Shown: one piece after another, positions 40,401 through 52,500 of the stretch
Layout of the letters: every line of letters starts with the position of its first letter
How positions within the stretch are numbered: the stretch's first letter is position 1
Assembly: GCF_031769215.1 (NCBI RefSeq)
Contig: NW_026781952.1
Span: 124,001 to 188,000 of the forward strand
DNA length: 64,000 nucleotides
Direction of reading: 5' to 3'
DNA from: Ylistrum balloti
Lineage: Eukaryota
Notes under the pieces: generated by a model
Seen by the model: only the letters and a program-made list of their open reading frames with translations
Database searches by the model: none
Told to the model about the DNA's origin: nothing
Program-made: the position numbers and the translations under genes

Positions 40401-43400
40401 TTTATGTACAAATATTTCATACTGTCTCAGGTAATTATTGAAAAATCAAACCTGACACAAGAAAGACAAGCAAGTAAAGTCAAGAAAAAGAATAATACCC
40501 AGGTAATTATTTGATAACCAAATGTTATCTGTACTGTAAATTGAAATTTGATGAAACAATTTTGAATCATGAATTTGAAACTTATAATACATTATATTTT
40601 ACATATTACATAGGCATGTAATCTCAAAAGGCAAATTTGACATTAAAAAAACAAGAAACAACTATTTTAAGGATCACCACTCAAAATACTAAATGACTAT
40701 ATATCTTTAAGGATAACCAACTAAAAAAAATAAATTTTAAGGATACCTGACCCATGATTCTATGTGTATTGAATCCTAAATTTTAAGGATGAATCACCCA
40801 GTCATAAGAGTTACCAAGAAATTAGGGCTTATCAAAATATAGTCATACTGAACATCATAAAACATCTTAATAAAGTATGATACATAGCAAAGCAAATTGA
40901 CTGTAGGAAAATCAACAAGTATATGTTATACACACTGAAGAAAACTAGCAAAATGTTAATTATGTCTCTAAATATATGCTAGTCAGTTTGACATGTGCAT
41001 TTGTGGTATCTAGCGAATAACTGGAGGTGGTTTACACTCAATATTACGCTTGGTTTTGATATCCATTTTGTGTAGAGGAACCCAGATGGAGTGCTGAGCA
41101 GGCTCACCGACAAGGTGGACAAGATACTTTCCATCAGAGACCCTCTGTGCCAACACTCTCTTGACCTTTACATGTCCTTGGTCATCTGAGGAGAGAGAGC
41201 TAGAGATTGAAGAATTAACTTGGTGTGGGTCAACATGATCTGAATCACGGTATCGTAGAGGTAATTTCCGAACACGTTGAGGACGCGTAGGTAAAGGTGC
41301 ATTATCCACATTGTCACTTGTAAGAGCTGTCTCTGCCTCGTTTTCAGAATGACTGGTGTCCAACCCAGGGTCCTCGAGTGACACTGGTTCATGTACAGAA
41401 GCACATGCGTGTGACGTAGTAACTTCATCCAGAAAAAAAAAATGAGGGTTTGGTCTACGGACATGGGCCATTTTCAGGCGATCCAGATGAATGGCACCAC
41501 GGAGAGACTTTCCAGACGAAGGGTCCTCAAGAATGGCAAGATGGGGACTTGAAACAGGTCGTTGAGTAGCTTGTTGACCCATAAAATGATGATCACCTGG
41601 CATAGAATAACCAGTCCTATCAAGGGTCGTGTACGCTTCATCACCACCTCTATCCCGGAGGGAATGTAAATCGTCCATGGATGTAGGACCCAACAAGACA
41701 CGATCGCGATGAAACGGGGTACTAGAACAGTTTGGAGTAGGGTTCTGGGGCAAATTACGACCTGGAATGTTCATTCTGAGTGTCCCTTAGATTCCCATGA
41801 AAATGTCACAAAAAATAAATGGCGACATTGAGTGATGGGGCTGTCTGATCACGTGACTGGTATGGCTCGAAATAGGTCGGCGTGGCGCAGTTTGTCAAAG
41901 GCTCAAAGTTCATTTGATACAGATAAATACAACACTTCATGCATATATTCACGCTTATCGATTGAGAAAACATTCTGGTAAATTAGGATTCTCCACCATG
42001 TTGTCGCTGTGAGCTGGGGGAATTATAATATCGGTGGTGAAATGGTACAGCCTGCCACAAACAACCCATCAGCCACGTTTTTTTCCCATCAACTAACTTT
42101 ATTAACCTCAATAGAAAAGAGTTCCAAAATTGGAGTTGCGTCCCCTGGACCCGTGGGTCATGCCAACTTACCTACCCAACACCCCAATACACAACAACAG
42201 TCTCTGCACAAATAGACAGCTTTGGACAGACAGACAAGCATTGGACAGAAATTGGACACATAGACAGACTTTGGATATTTCTGCCTTAGATTTATACTTA
42301 CTGGAGAATGTCTGATGGTGGCGTAGTCAGTAACGTACACCAGATGTTAAATCCAACACTAAGTGTGAGAGAGGAGGCAAACAACATCAGAAAAATCACC
42401 AATGACAAGATCGCAGTCACAAAGGCATCCAGCCATGAACTGAAACACATCAATATTCACTTGTTTGGTAACAAAATCAAATAGGCTTGAATCCTTCACA
42501 TTTTTAGCTGCTTTATGTACAAACTGCATCAAATGGATAAAGTTTTGAGATCCGATGAGCATGGTTTAAAGCTCCTTGTGGCAGATTATTTTTCTCAGGA
42601 AACTGAGTAGTCCAAATTATTCTGACATTCTATCAATGTATATATATATATATCAGCTTTGAGTGAACTCAAAGCCAATATATCAAAGTTGACAGGATGT
42701 CAGAATAATTCAGATTAGAAGCTAAGAAATGGACCAGTTTGTACTGACTTGGTTGTTTCTTGTACAAGACACTAACCTTGACTGCATTGGAAGGCATGTG
42801 ATGGTCCTCCCCCCTGTTATTCATTGTAGTAGCAACAGGCCTTAAAATTACCTTGACCGTTCACAAAACACAAGTTTTTCATAGCAGACAGATTAAATCA
42901 GAAACCTCTCAATGGTTTCATATTATGCATCAATGAAATATCATGTCATTTTTCTATATCTAATTCAGCCTTTTTCTTGTCTACTTCATCTGCTCAGCTG
43001 ACAAGTAGACTAGATTGTGTGGGAACATGTTTAGTATGTTACAACTTCGAAAATGAAAGTAGAAAAAGGAATCGAACATTTTCAGTAGACAAGGAAAATA
43101 AATACGTTTCAAAATAAACCGTTACCTGTCGGTGTCTTTAATCAGATACGCAGATTCCCATACAGTGTAGAACATAGATATCAACATGACAACAACACCC
43201 ATGAAGATGTTGAAGCCACATGCACTGGAGGGACCCCAGACGACATTTTCCAGCTCCATTTGAGACGAATTGATTCTGCTCACCCATTTTCCTTCGGCGT
43301 AAAGAAGACAATGTCCATCAAATTCGTTTACATTAACAGCTACAGGTATGAATAACACAAACGCCACTATGAACGAAACAAAATAAGTCGTCACTTGAGA

Positions 43401-43427
43401 CAGAACAAGAATATTACCGAGGCCCAT
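37402..43427 (-). CDS. TMEM179: Transmembrane protein 179 family; 4 coding exons
   Basis: Minus-strand exons 43427-43126, 42439-42302, 38096-38009, 37563-37402 (TAG), phase-consistent. Motifs FDGHCLLYAEGKW, WGPSSACGF, SVGFNIWC, NFYTEMTLAQFGGWMLWICW and AFLKVFRYHQQE match the recalled TMEM179 pattern, with four hydrophobic segments. Confidence 0.9.
38745..38945. repeat. 72-bp tandem repeat, about 2.5 copies
   Basis: AAAATTTCAG..GTC.TCCGTATAAAGTTGGCAGTAACAC occurs at 38765 and 38837, with a partial third copy. Confidence 0.85.
39265..42196 (-). mobile_element. Non-autonomous (internally deleted) Ty3/Gypsy-type LTR retrotransposon in TMEM179 intron 2
   Basis: Direct repeats 39265-39466 (202 bp) and 41999-42196 (198 bp), TGTTGT...ACAACA, differing by one substitution and a poly-T length change. 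TSD ACAG at 39261-39264 and 42197-42200. PBS TGGTGGAGAAT directly after the 5' LTR on the minus strand. PPT GAGGGGGGG just before the 3' LTR. Internal ORF resembles an integrase C-terminus. Confidence 0.92.
41010..41774 (-). CDS. LTR-element ORF (254 aa): Gypsy integrase C-terminal region with a degenerate chromodomain
   Basis: ATG-started open frame with SPHLAILEDPSSGKSLRGAIHLDRLKMAHVR (GPY/F-region tail), RPQRVRKLPLRYRD and a chromo-like end VKRVLAQRVSDGKYLVHLVGEPAQHSIWVP. No RT, RNase H or integrase core is present in the element. Confidence 0.72.
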   Translation of the reverse strand: MNIPGRNLPQNPTPNCSSTPFHRDRVLLGPTSMDDLHSLRDRGGDEAYTTLDRTGYSMPGDHHFMGQQATQRPVSSPHLAILEDPSSGKSLRGAIHLDRLKMAHVRRPNPHFFFLDEVTTSHACASVHEPVSLEDPGLDTSHSENEAETALTSDNVDNAPLPTRPQRVRKLPLRYRDSDHVDPHQVNSSISSSLSSDDQGHVKVKRVLAQRVSDGKYLVHLVGEPAQHSIWVPLHKMDIKTKRNIECKPPPVIR

Positions 43428-43530
43428 GTCGAAATCGTTATAGAACCCTCCCTAGCACATGACTTGTTTACTTCCGGATTTCCCAGAATGCATTGAAATA
43501 TTGATGTGACAAAGTTGGAAGTAGGACGAA
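43428..43530. promoter_or_regulatory. Compact bidirectional promoter between TMEM179 and PRPF39
   Basis: Only 103 bp separate the two ATGs. It contains an E/M-box CACATGAC (43456-43463), an ETS site ACTTCCGG (43470-43477) and a Staf/ZNF143-type site TTCCCAGAATGCATTG (43480-43495). Confidence 0.7.
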
Positions 43531-46500
43531 ATGGCAGACGTGAAAGACAATCAAGGTAATCCTATTGTAATCTTATCGTTGGAAATATACATCAAACGCT
43601 CTTTTTATTTTCCCAGTGTCATATTTTCATGCCAGATAGTAATTTTCTCACATGCATTAATTATATGCGTTTATTTTCTTCTAATCAGCAGTCTGGAAAG
43701 GGTAGCGTTATGGAACCTCTTGTTAAACATTGGGCATAGATTATATTAAAAGTTTTCTCGTTGTATTCGTTTTGACAAGATAAAAGGACTGCTCCTTAAG
43801 GTAATATACATAATTCCATCAAATATAAGAAATGCCATTTCGTTTTGAGTTTGTTTATGCAATGCAAAACTGATGTTTTTACACGTAGCATGACCTGTTT
43901 TGACGAATTCTGATAAATGTTTGTGCATTTAACAACTCGGTTTTCATTATGACAGAAGTTACAGACAAACAGGAAACTGAAGAAGATGCTCCAAATGCAG
44001 AAGAACCTGCCAAAGAGACGCCTGTCGAAGTTGCTGCCATGAACACTGAGCTTGAAAAATACTGGAAAGCTGTGAGGGACAATTCATCAGATTTCACAGG
44101 ATGGACTTACCTTCTTCAATATGTAGAACAAGAGGTGGATACAGTTTTTTTCAGAAATAAACTTGTATATATTAATTTACATTTCAAGTCATGTGAATTC
44201 TGAGAATTTTCATTTTATTTTCAGAAAAGTTTAAGAAATTTCATGATCGAAATGGAAATCAATTTGATATCCTTTTTAACAAGAGATTAATTCATTCAGC
44301 AAAATGGTAGAAACATGCTAAAAGATCAGGGAGGGGTAATAAAAAATACCCTGTTCCCATTGCTACTACAGTTTTAACTAACAACCCATTGGTCTGGTTT
44401 GACTGATGAGAAATTTCCCAAATTCTTTATCAAACCAAGAAGTTGCAAAACAGCAGTAACAAAAACATGCACAATATAACTAGTAAATATGATCAGAAAA
44501 TGTTATCTCATGACATGTCTTCCAATACTTGTTTTTGTAATATTTAGAAAGTAAACACTTTGATAATGGAGTTCAAAACATTTGTGCCATACAAAATATG
44601 TGTGTGTAATAAATACTTTGTTTGGTATAAATAGTGATTGTTTACACATCTATCAGCTCTTGTTCAAGCACTGTATTTTTGAAAAGAATCAATTATTTAT
44701 TAATTGATTACAACATAACAAAAATGTTATATACAATAAGAAATGTAACATTAGGTCAGAAGAGCTATTGTTGTCAAAAATTACTTGTATAGATAATGTA
44801 TTATTTATTTAGAAAATTGTTGCAGCCGTACTTATAAATCAAATTCATGTTTAAGGTTAGCTGAGCAGGTTCTCTAATATTGTGCTGCAATCAGCTAGTT
44901 GTGGAATAAAATGAAAAGCAAAATTGTACTTTTATCATTTCAGAATCAAATTGAGGCAGCAAGAGAGGCATATGATGCATTTTTTGATCACTATCCGTAC
45001 TGTTATGGGTATTGGAAAAAGTATGCGGACATGGAAAAGAGACATGGTAATGTCGAAAAAGCAACAGAGGTACAGTTCAATGTTTCAGTTGTAAAACATT
45101 TCAATGGAAAAGATCACTGTAAATCACTTTTGTTGTGCAAGATTTTTCACTTCAATTATTTATGAGATGTGAAAGATAATTTCATTTACTTTGGAAATGT
45201 TCCATTAACCATATAAGCAACATATTGATTGGTGCTCTTTTTCGTGATTTCATAGTCTTGAATTCAAGGCACACTTGCCACAAGGAAGTGATTTTCAGTT
45301 TTCTTTAAGCACTGAAATAGACCAATTTTTCTATTTAAAAAAATATTAATGAGGTGCAAGGACTCTCTCAGTACTATATTGTAATCTATTTTTATTGTTT
45401 GAAGTAAAGGGAAACTGCATTTATCTCTCTGTCTGTGGAAATTGCTCTGGTGAAAAGAACAAAGCCATGTGGATAAGCCTTCTTTGGCTAAACATATATT
45501 TAACCTTTTTTCATTTTGTTTTGTTTTATTTTTTTTATCATTTTGAAATAAATACAGAAATGATTTTTAAAAAAGACTGATCAGAGAAACAGGACTGTTT
45601 TCAAAACAGAAGCTGGTCATATTCCAGATCCCTGTTTATTGAGTGTGTGACAGTTTTGAAATTTTATTGCCTTGTGTTTTCTAATTTCCATTTCATGCAA
45701 TCTAATGACCCAGCAGCTGGGTTGGAATGAATTATGTTTTAATCTTAAGTTTGACAAGGAGGTGTAAAATTATTATGAAAATCAAATGTGATTATGATTT
45801 TTCACTGTCTGGATTATCAAAACGTGAAAAAAATCTGCTTTCATGTGTGGCGTGTTCAGGAACCAGTGTTCATATTTTGTATCCTCAAATTTTGAAAATT
45901 TGTGAATGACTGCTTGTCATGGAGTAAGTATATTGGATACAGAGTCATTTGCCATGCATGTGATACCAGCCAAATGAAGCTTGAAATATATATATTTTAT
46001 AGAATACTTTAAGATGGGGCCATGTTGGGAAAGTGGTCTTCTTTCTATTTTAAGTTGTATATATCATGACTCATCAACATTATAGAGTAAATGATGGTTC
46101 ATATTTTAGTTACATTTGTTCCTGATATTAACAGGTAAGACCATCTCTTTATTTACAGCCAAGTCATGTGACCTCTCAGCAGAGTTCTAATATATATTGA
46201 TTGATACGGCCATTGTAAAACTGATGGAATGTAGGATGTATTCATATACAGCTTGTATATCATTGTTGGTGCTTAACTGATGTGCATAACTTTTTTTCAT
46301 AAACAATTTTGGAGATTTGGAGGAAAATTACATCTTGTCATTTTGATATCTTGTCTTCTAGCACTTGTTCAAATACATCTTTTACACTTCTGTAAATTCA
46401 GATTTTAAAAATAAACAGAAAAAAATATTACCTTTTCAAAAAATATTTTGCTATGAAATGATTGATTAGGTATATTTACAACAGAGATATAAGTGATTGA

Positions 46501-49500
46501 CTTCATGATTGTATTCAAAGGGTCAGAAACTGAAGGCAAGGTATTAAAATCAAGATTGTTTGGGCTATAAAAGGAAACCTTTGTCAGTGATAAAATGTTT
46601 TTCTTTGCAGAAATTGAGTAACCTTGACTTTGTCTCTAATGTCTAAGCTGATGGGAAATGATTGCTTAAATTTTCCCAAATGTTCTTGGCCCTTTGTTCA
46701 TGAGGGATCTTACAATCTCTTCCTAGTTGCTCATCCCAAGCTAGGAACCCAAGACATCACCTAGAAGGGGACACATGGTCAGCACAGCAGAAGAGAAACA
46801 CAAAAGTTTGTACATCGCGTTGACTTGCACAGGAATTTTTTTCCGATGGTAATGCCGCGAATCACTGTTGGTCTTGTATATTTGATGTTGAATGTGATGC
46901 CGGATTAGATTTGGATTTAAAACAAGGGGAGTAATCATGTACTAATTTTCCACCCTTTTTCCTCGGCAGGTGTTTGACAAAGGTGTTGAAGCAATCCCAC
47001 TGAGTATAGAATTGTGGCTACATTATATCAACTTTTACATAGGAGAATACACCAGCACAGAACAGGGTGAATCTGACATTAGGAAGTGAGTTCCAATTGA
47101 AACAAGTTTAAATTAAATTTAGTTGTAAGAAGTGAAGTAAGTCAAGTGTTACATCGGCGTTAACTTCCACCACAAATTTCGAAAGTTTACAGTTTAATCT
47201 GTTTTTCAGAAATGCAAATAATTTGGTTACATTCAAAACTAAAATAGAGTTTTGAATAACTATGTCGGATTTCTAATTTAAAAAAAAAAAACATAAAAAT
47301 TTTAATGGAATTTTAGAATTCAGAAGAACCCCTTCAAAAAATATCAAATTGACTTTTGTCACCTCTTCATGAATAGTGTTACTGAATACGTTAAACAGAT
47401 TTTTTTGCCACTGTAAATTTTTTTAAAAGTCAAAGTGGGACAGAATTAGAAATTTGGATCTGTTTAATGTAAGAGATCATGATGGTATATGCTAACAAAG
47501 TCTGTGTTTTTCTTTTAAGAATTTCATTGCCTTTTTAAGTACAGGTGGTAAATAGTAAGAAAAGAAAGACCTATTTTTCAGCCTGTTTTCATTAATATTT
47601 GTCCATTCTAGGTTATATGAGAGAGCCATACAAGCAGCAGGCCATGACTTTCGGTCAGACAAGCTGTGGGATTCGTACATTTCCTGGGAGAAGGATCTAG
47701 AGCGTGTGACAAAGCTGTACATGCGATTACTGGCTATACCCACACAACTCTACAGTCATCACTTTGACAAGTAGGTTCTCCTGGCTACAACCTCTCTTCT
47801 ATGATAAACAGTTTCTACAATCTTCTTTGCAACCAATGATTTCTTTTATGTAGTAGAATTATCAGGGAATAATAAAATCTCTCTTGTTGATATAATGATG
47901 ACAGTGAAATTTCAACCTGAGGAGAGTATATAGTTAACGCTTTGTCCAGACTACCTATTCTTAGAGGGGAAATCTTTGAAAATGATAGAAAAAATACAGT
48001 GCATGTTAGTAGAACTTTCTATAATCCATAGGCTCATACTGCTCAATTGTATTTGATTTTTATCATTCTTTTTCACAACAGTGTTCGAAACATTTGGATT
48101 GATAAAGAGACTATTTTGAAGATCTGCATTTGATGTGAACACCAAAAGAATGGGACGGAAAAAATGCATTCCACTTGAATCAGAGATCATTTTACATAAT
48201 ATATTCTTTACTTCACATTCCAGCTTCAAACAGCATATTTACATGCATAATCCTAAAGAAATTTTGAGCCTTGATGACTTCCTGAAGCTCCGACAAGATG
48301 TTGTTGCCAAGTCTGCATCCCCTGATGAGGAAGATGAAGATAATATATCTCCTGGAGATGTAGCCCCTCCTGGGGAAGAGGATGTGCCCCCGGGTATGGA
48401 GACGGTAGGAGGAAAGGTAAAAATATTCTAAAGTAACAAGCTATACTATCTCTTCAATGATAGTTGTACAGTTGTAGCCTTAATTGTAGTAAAAATCTTT
48501 TTTGTCCTGCCTTTTTTCTTTTGTTTAAACTTAAGGCATCTGTTAATACTTTCATTGGATGCCTCCTAGCAATGAAGATCATTCTTTTGTCTAAAGTTTT
48601 CATGATTTGTCTATAGCCTTGAAAATTTCACAAGTTACTACTGCAACAACAGAAACAATGTTGAATGAAGCAACACTATCAAATATATTATGTTTTAATT
48701 TTCATTAGGGAGATGAAGCAGAAATCAACAAGATAAAGGAGAGAATCATACAGATTCAAGAGGAAACATTCAAGAAGACGGAAGAAGAAGTCAGCAAGCG
48801 CTGGAATTATGAGGAAGCAGTAAGTGTTAAGGGGAAAATCTTAATAGTCCTTCTTGGTGTTGGTACTCTTACAAAGATAGCAAACCTAAACTCTACAGAC
48901 AGGTATATAATCCATACTGTTGGGAAAAGTAGTAATAAGTTGTTAGTCCAAACATTTGTTTTTAAATTCTTTAGATCATCACAATTATCACTGAACTGGA
49001 GAAATTTTCTCTCTACCTAAAGTAAGTAAATGAATGATAATCATTCTAAAAAGGGGAGGTGGGGGGTTGTTAATTGAAAAAAAGTCAAAAGTCATTCTTT
49101 ACAAATTTATTGTAGTAAAGTGTAAAATATTTGTTTTCAGGATTCTTGGTTTTATTTTCTAAACACTACCATCTGTAATTGGAACATTTTATTGTGTATT
49201 TTATATATTACTACAGAAATCATAATATGTGATGTGATGCAACATTTATGTTTATTTGCAGATAAAAAGACCATACTTCCATGTAAAACCATTAGAGCGT
49301 TCTCAGTTGAAAAACTGGAGGGAGTATTTGGATTATGAAATGCAGAATGGGGATTACAAGAGGGTTGTGACATTATTTGAACGTTGCATGATTGCAAGTG
49401 CTCTCTACGAAGATTTCTGGATGAAGGTATTCAAAAGTTTTCTTTAGCCCCCTATCATCAGAATTGTTAAGATCACCCTTAAACAATAGAGTTTCATATT

Positions 49501-52500
49501 TGCAACACAATATTATTATATCAAGTTCTACACATGATCAAATTTTGGGAGGCATTGAAGCAGGGCATTTATATCTTAAAGAGATTTTCTGGATATTTAC
49601 TAAAATAAATACAAATATTTCCCTAGTATGCGAAGTACATGGAGGACCATGGAGCAAATGGTGTGCGCAATGTCTACACAAGAGCCTGTAAAATACACCT
49701 ACCAAAGAAGCCTTACATCCACCTTGCTTGGGCAGCATTTGAAGAGCGACAAGGTAAGCAGTCTAGGAATAAATATGTGTATAAATTAAATGACAGCCTT
49801 CAGGATCATATTAGAAGGATACATATGGTATTGTTTATGACTATCCAGAAAGGGGATAACTTTTTGAAGATTTTTCATATATATAGGGGTAATACCTGTA
49901 TGAAGACCCATCAGAAAAGTATTTAGAGGGAGATTTATCACATACATATTTATATATATGAGATTTTCTTTTTTTACCTGCAGAGAAATATCCATTATTG
50001 TTGATTTTTTCTGCTTTACTTGCAGGGATGTGTCCATTATTGTTGAATTTTTCGTGTTAACCTGCAGAGAAGTGTCCTTAATTTAATGATGTAGATGTAT
50101 CAACAGCACTCGGTCTGATAATATTTACTAACATAACATAGGTTTTATCTTTCACTTAATATAGAAAACCACTCTGCTGCCTGGGAGATTCTAGCTAATC
50201 TAGACAAAGCTGTGCCTGGCCTAGTGATGGTTTCTATGAGAAGGATCAGTCTAGAGAGGAGAACTGGAAGTAAGGAAGATGCTGAGGCTCTGTTCCGTGA
50301 ATACATAGAGAATGCTTCACAGCCAGAAATAGGCTCCTACTTCTCAATAAAGTATGCTCGTTATCTCTTCAAGGTAAGAATTTTTAAAGTGCCTTTCTTA
50401 AAAACAAATGTTAATTATATGCAGAACATGGAGAAAATTTTCAGACTTTGAATATCTCATACAGTAGCACCTCTCAAAATTTGTTACATAAGGTTTTATC
50501 CCATGGCTAAAATCTGTAATTTCTGAAGTAGGTATGATTTCTTTTAGACTTCAGTACCCATGACAAATCAGACTTGTTTCAAATTGTTAATGTTCCGAAT
50601 TGTATGTATAAACTTGATTAATATGTTGATATGCATGGTAACGTTGGTTACATGTTAACAATGCAGAGTATGTTGATAATACAATATGTTGTACCTGCAA
50701 CTGATAGGGGATAAACAATAGCCCTACTTAAGGGATAAACAATAGCCCTACTTGTATATATATATCTTGGGGACCAAACCATAAATTTCTCAAAAATGTT
50801 TGGAATTAACTTGTTAAGATTTACGAAAAACTAGATAGGAAATAGTTTGTCATGATGTTTGAGTCTTCACTTTGTCAGTAATATTGTCTTATATTTACTA
50901 GAGCTTTTGTTTTGTTGAACTTGGGTTACAACAATATCTAATATTTAAACTTATTGACATGAAAACTATCTGTTAAATCAGATTTGTGGAGAGCGAGAAC
51001 AAGCCAGGAAAGTACTATCTGATGCCCTAGAGAAAGACAAGGTAAGTTTACAAGAAACATTGAATTACTTGTCAGCACAAATTTTTATTTATTTTTGATA
51101 ACAAATATATGAGTGGTTTATAGCAGTATGTGACAACCTGTGAGGGTAGTGAATGTATGGAAAGAGTGATATAGTGAGGATATCAGTTCCTGAGTATTGG
51201 ATGTGGTTTAATTGTAGGGATTGGTCAGAGTACCTCTCTATAGAAACACAAACGTGTATAAATTGTTGGTTTCAAAAATTCTTAAGTAATTTTATCCATA
51301 ATAATTACATTCATTTTTTCTCTGATGGAAAGTGTTCATTTTGAAATTGTGATAAAAATTGTAAATTCAACTGGATGTTTTGCTATACAGGGTAACCTAA
51401 AGTTGTACCTCCAACTTATTGATCTGGAGTACCAGAGCTATCCAGTTGAGGAGGAGAAGATCACAGAAGTGTTTTCTATGATCCTAGAGTGTGAAAATTT
51501 TCCCTTAGAAACCAAAGTTAAGATGTCACAGAGGAAGCTAGAGTTCCTGGAAGATTTTGGAGGAACCATTTCAAAGTAAATATTAATTGTTATCTACACA
51601 AAAAAGGGTCACTTGTTCAACCATTTGGGCTTTCTTTATTGCTGTTTTCCACCTTCAATGGGACCCCAAGCATCCTTCTATCTGAGATATATATGTCTAT
51701 ATATATATATGTAAATAAAAATGATTTTTGACAAAAGAAGAAAGACGTTACATTTTGCACTAGCGTTTTCACTGTATTAGATCTTCAGGTGCATAGTAAC
51801 TGTACATAATGGTGTGGCGTCAGCCAAAAAATTTGAAAAAATATCTAGCACGTGCATCATTTTCATCAGAAACAAAGTTACCGGAAGTCAATACTTGTCG
51901 AGAAAAGAGATGTGGAACGTGTCAACATATCATAACAGGGAATTCCTTACAATTAAAAAGTGGAAAGAAGTGGGAAGTTAAAAGCAGTATGAACTGTAAA
52001 TCAAAAAACGTGATTTACTTAATCCTTTGTCCAAAATGTGGAAGTTTCTATATAGGACAAACAGAAAACCTCCACAAACGCGTAACATTACATCGCAAAC
52101 AAATATCCCACGAAAGATACAGACATCTACCAATCAGCCGACACGTAGCAGGATGCAACGACGGCTTTTTCCAAATCTTCCCCCGTATACTTTTTCATCT
52201 GAAACCAATCAAATACAAAGAGAAGCCAAGGAGTCAGAAATTATAAACATTTTAAAACCAGACTTGAATATTAATGTTTAACCGCATTGTAAAGTTTGCA
52301 AAATATAATTATGCCCCTTTTATATTATGATGTCATCAACAGAATACATGTTGTGACGCCACACCATTATGTACAGTTATTATGCACCTGAAGATCTAAT
52401 ACAGTGAAAGCGCTAGTGCAAAATGTAACGTCTTTCTTCTTTTGTCAAAAATCATTTTTATTTATAATTTACTCGCATCTCGTCAAATCAAGTTTTTTCT

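Larger units (their letters stand above)
51712..52464 (+). mobile_element. 5'-truncated Penelope-like element (GIY-YIG endonuclease end) with inverted terminal repeats, in PRPF39 intron 12
   Basis: ORF 51809-52246 has CREKRCGTC...[23 protein letters not shown]...RVTLHR, the Penelope GIY-YIG with Cys motifs. A frameshift near 52185 moves the natural end ([18 protein letters not shown]) into the 52027-52281 frame. Arms 51712-51822 and 52354-52464 are inverted repeats, with (TA)n tracts on both flanks. Confidence 0.88.
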
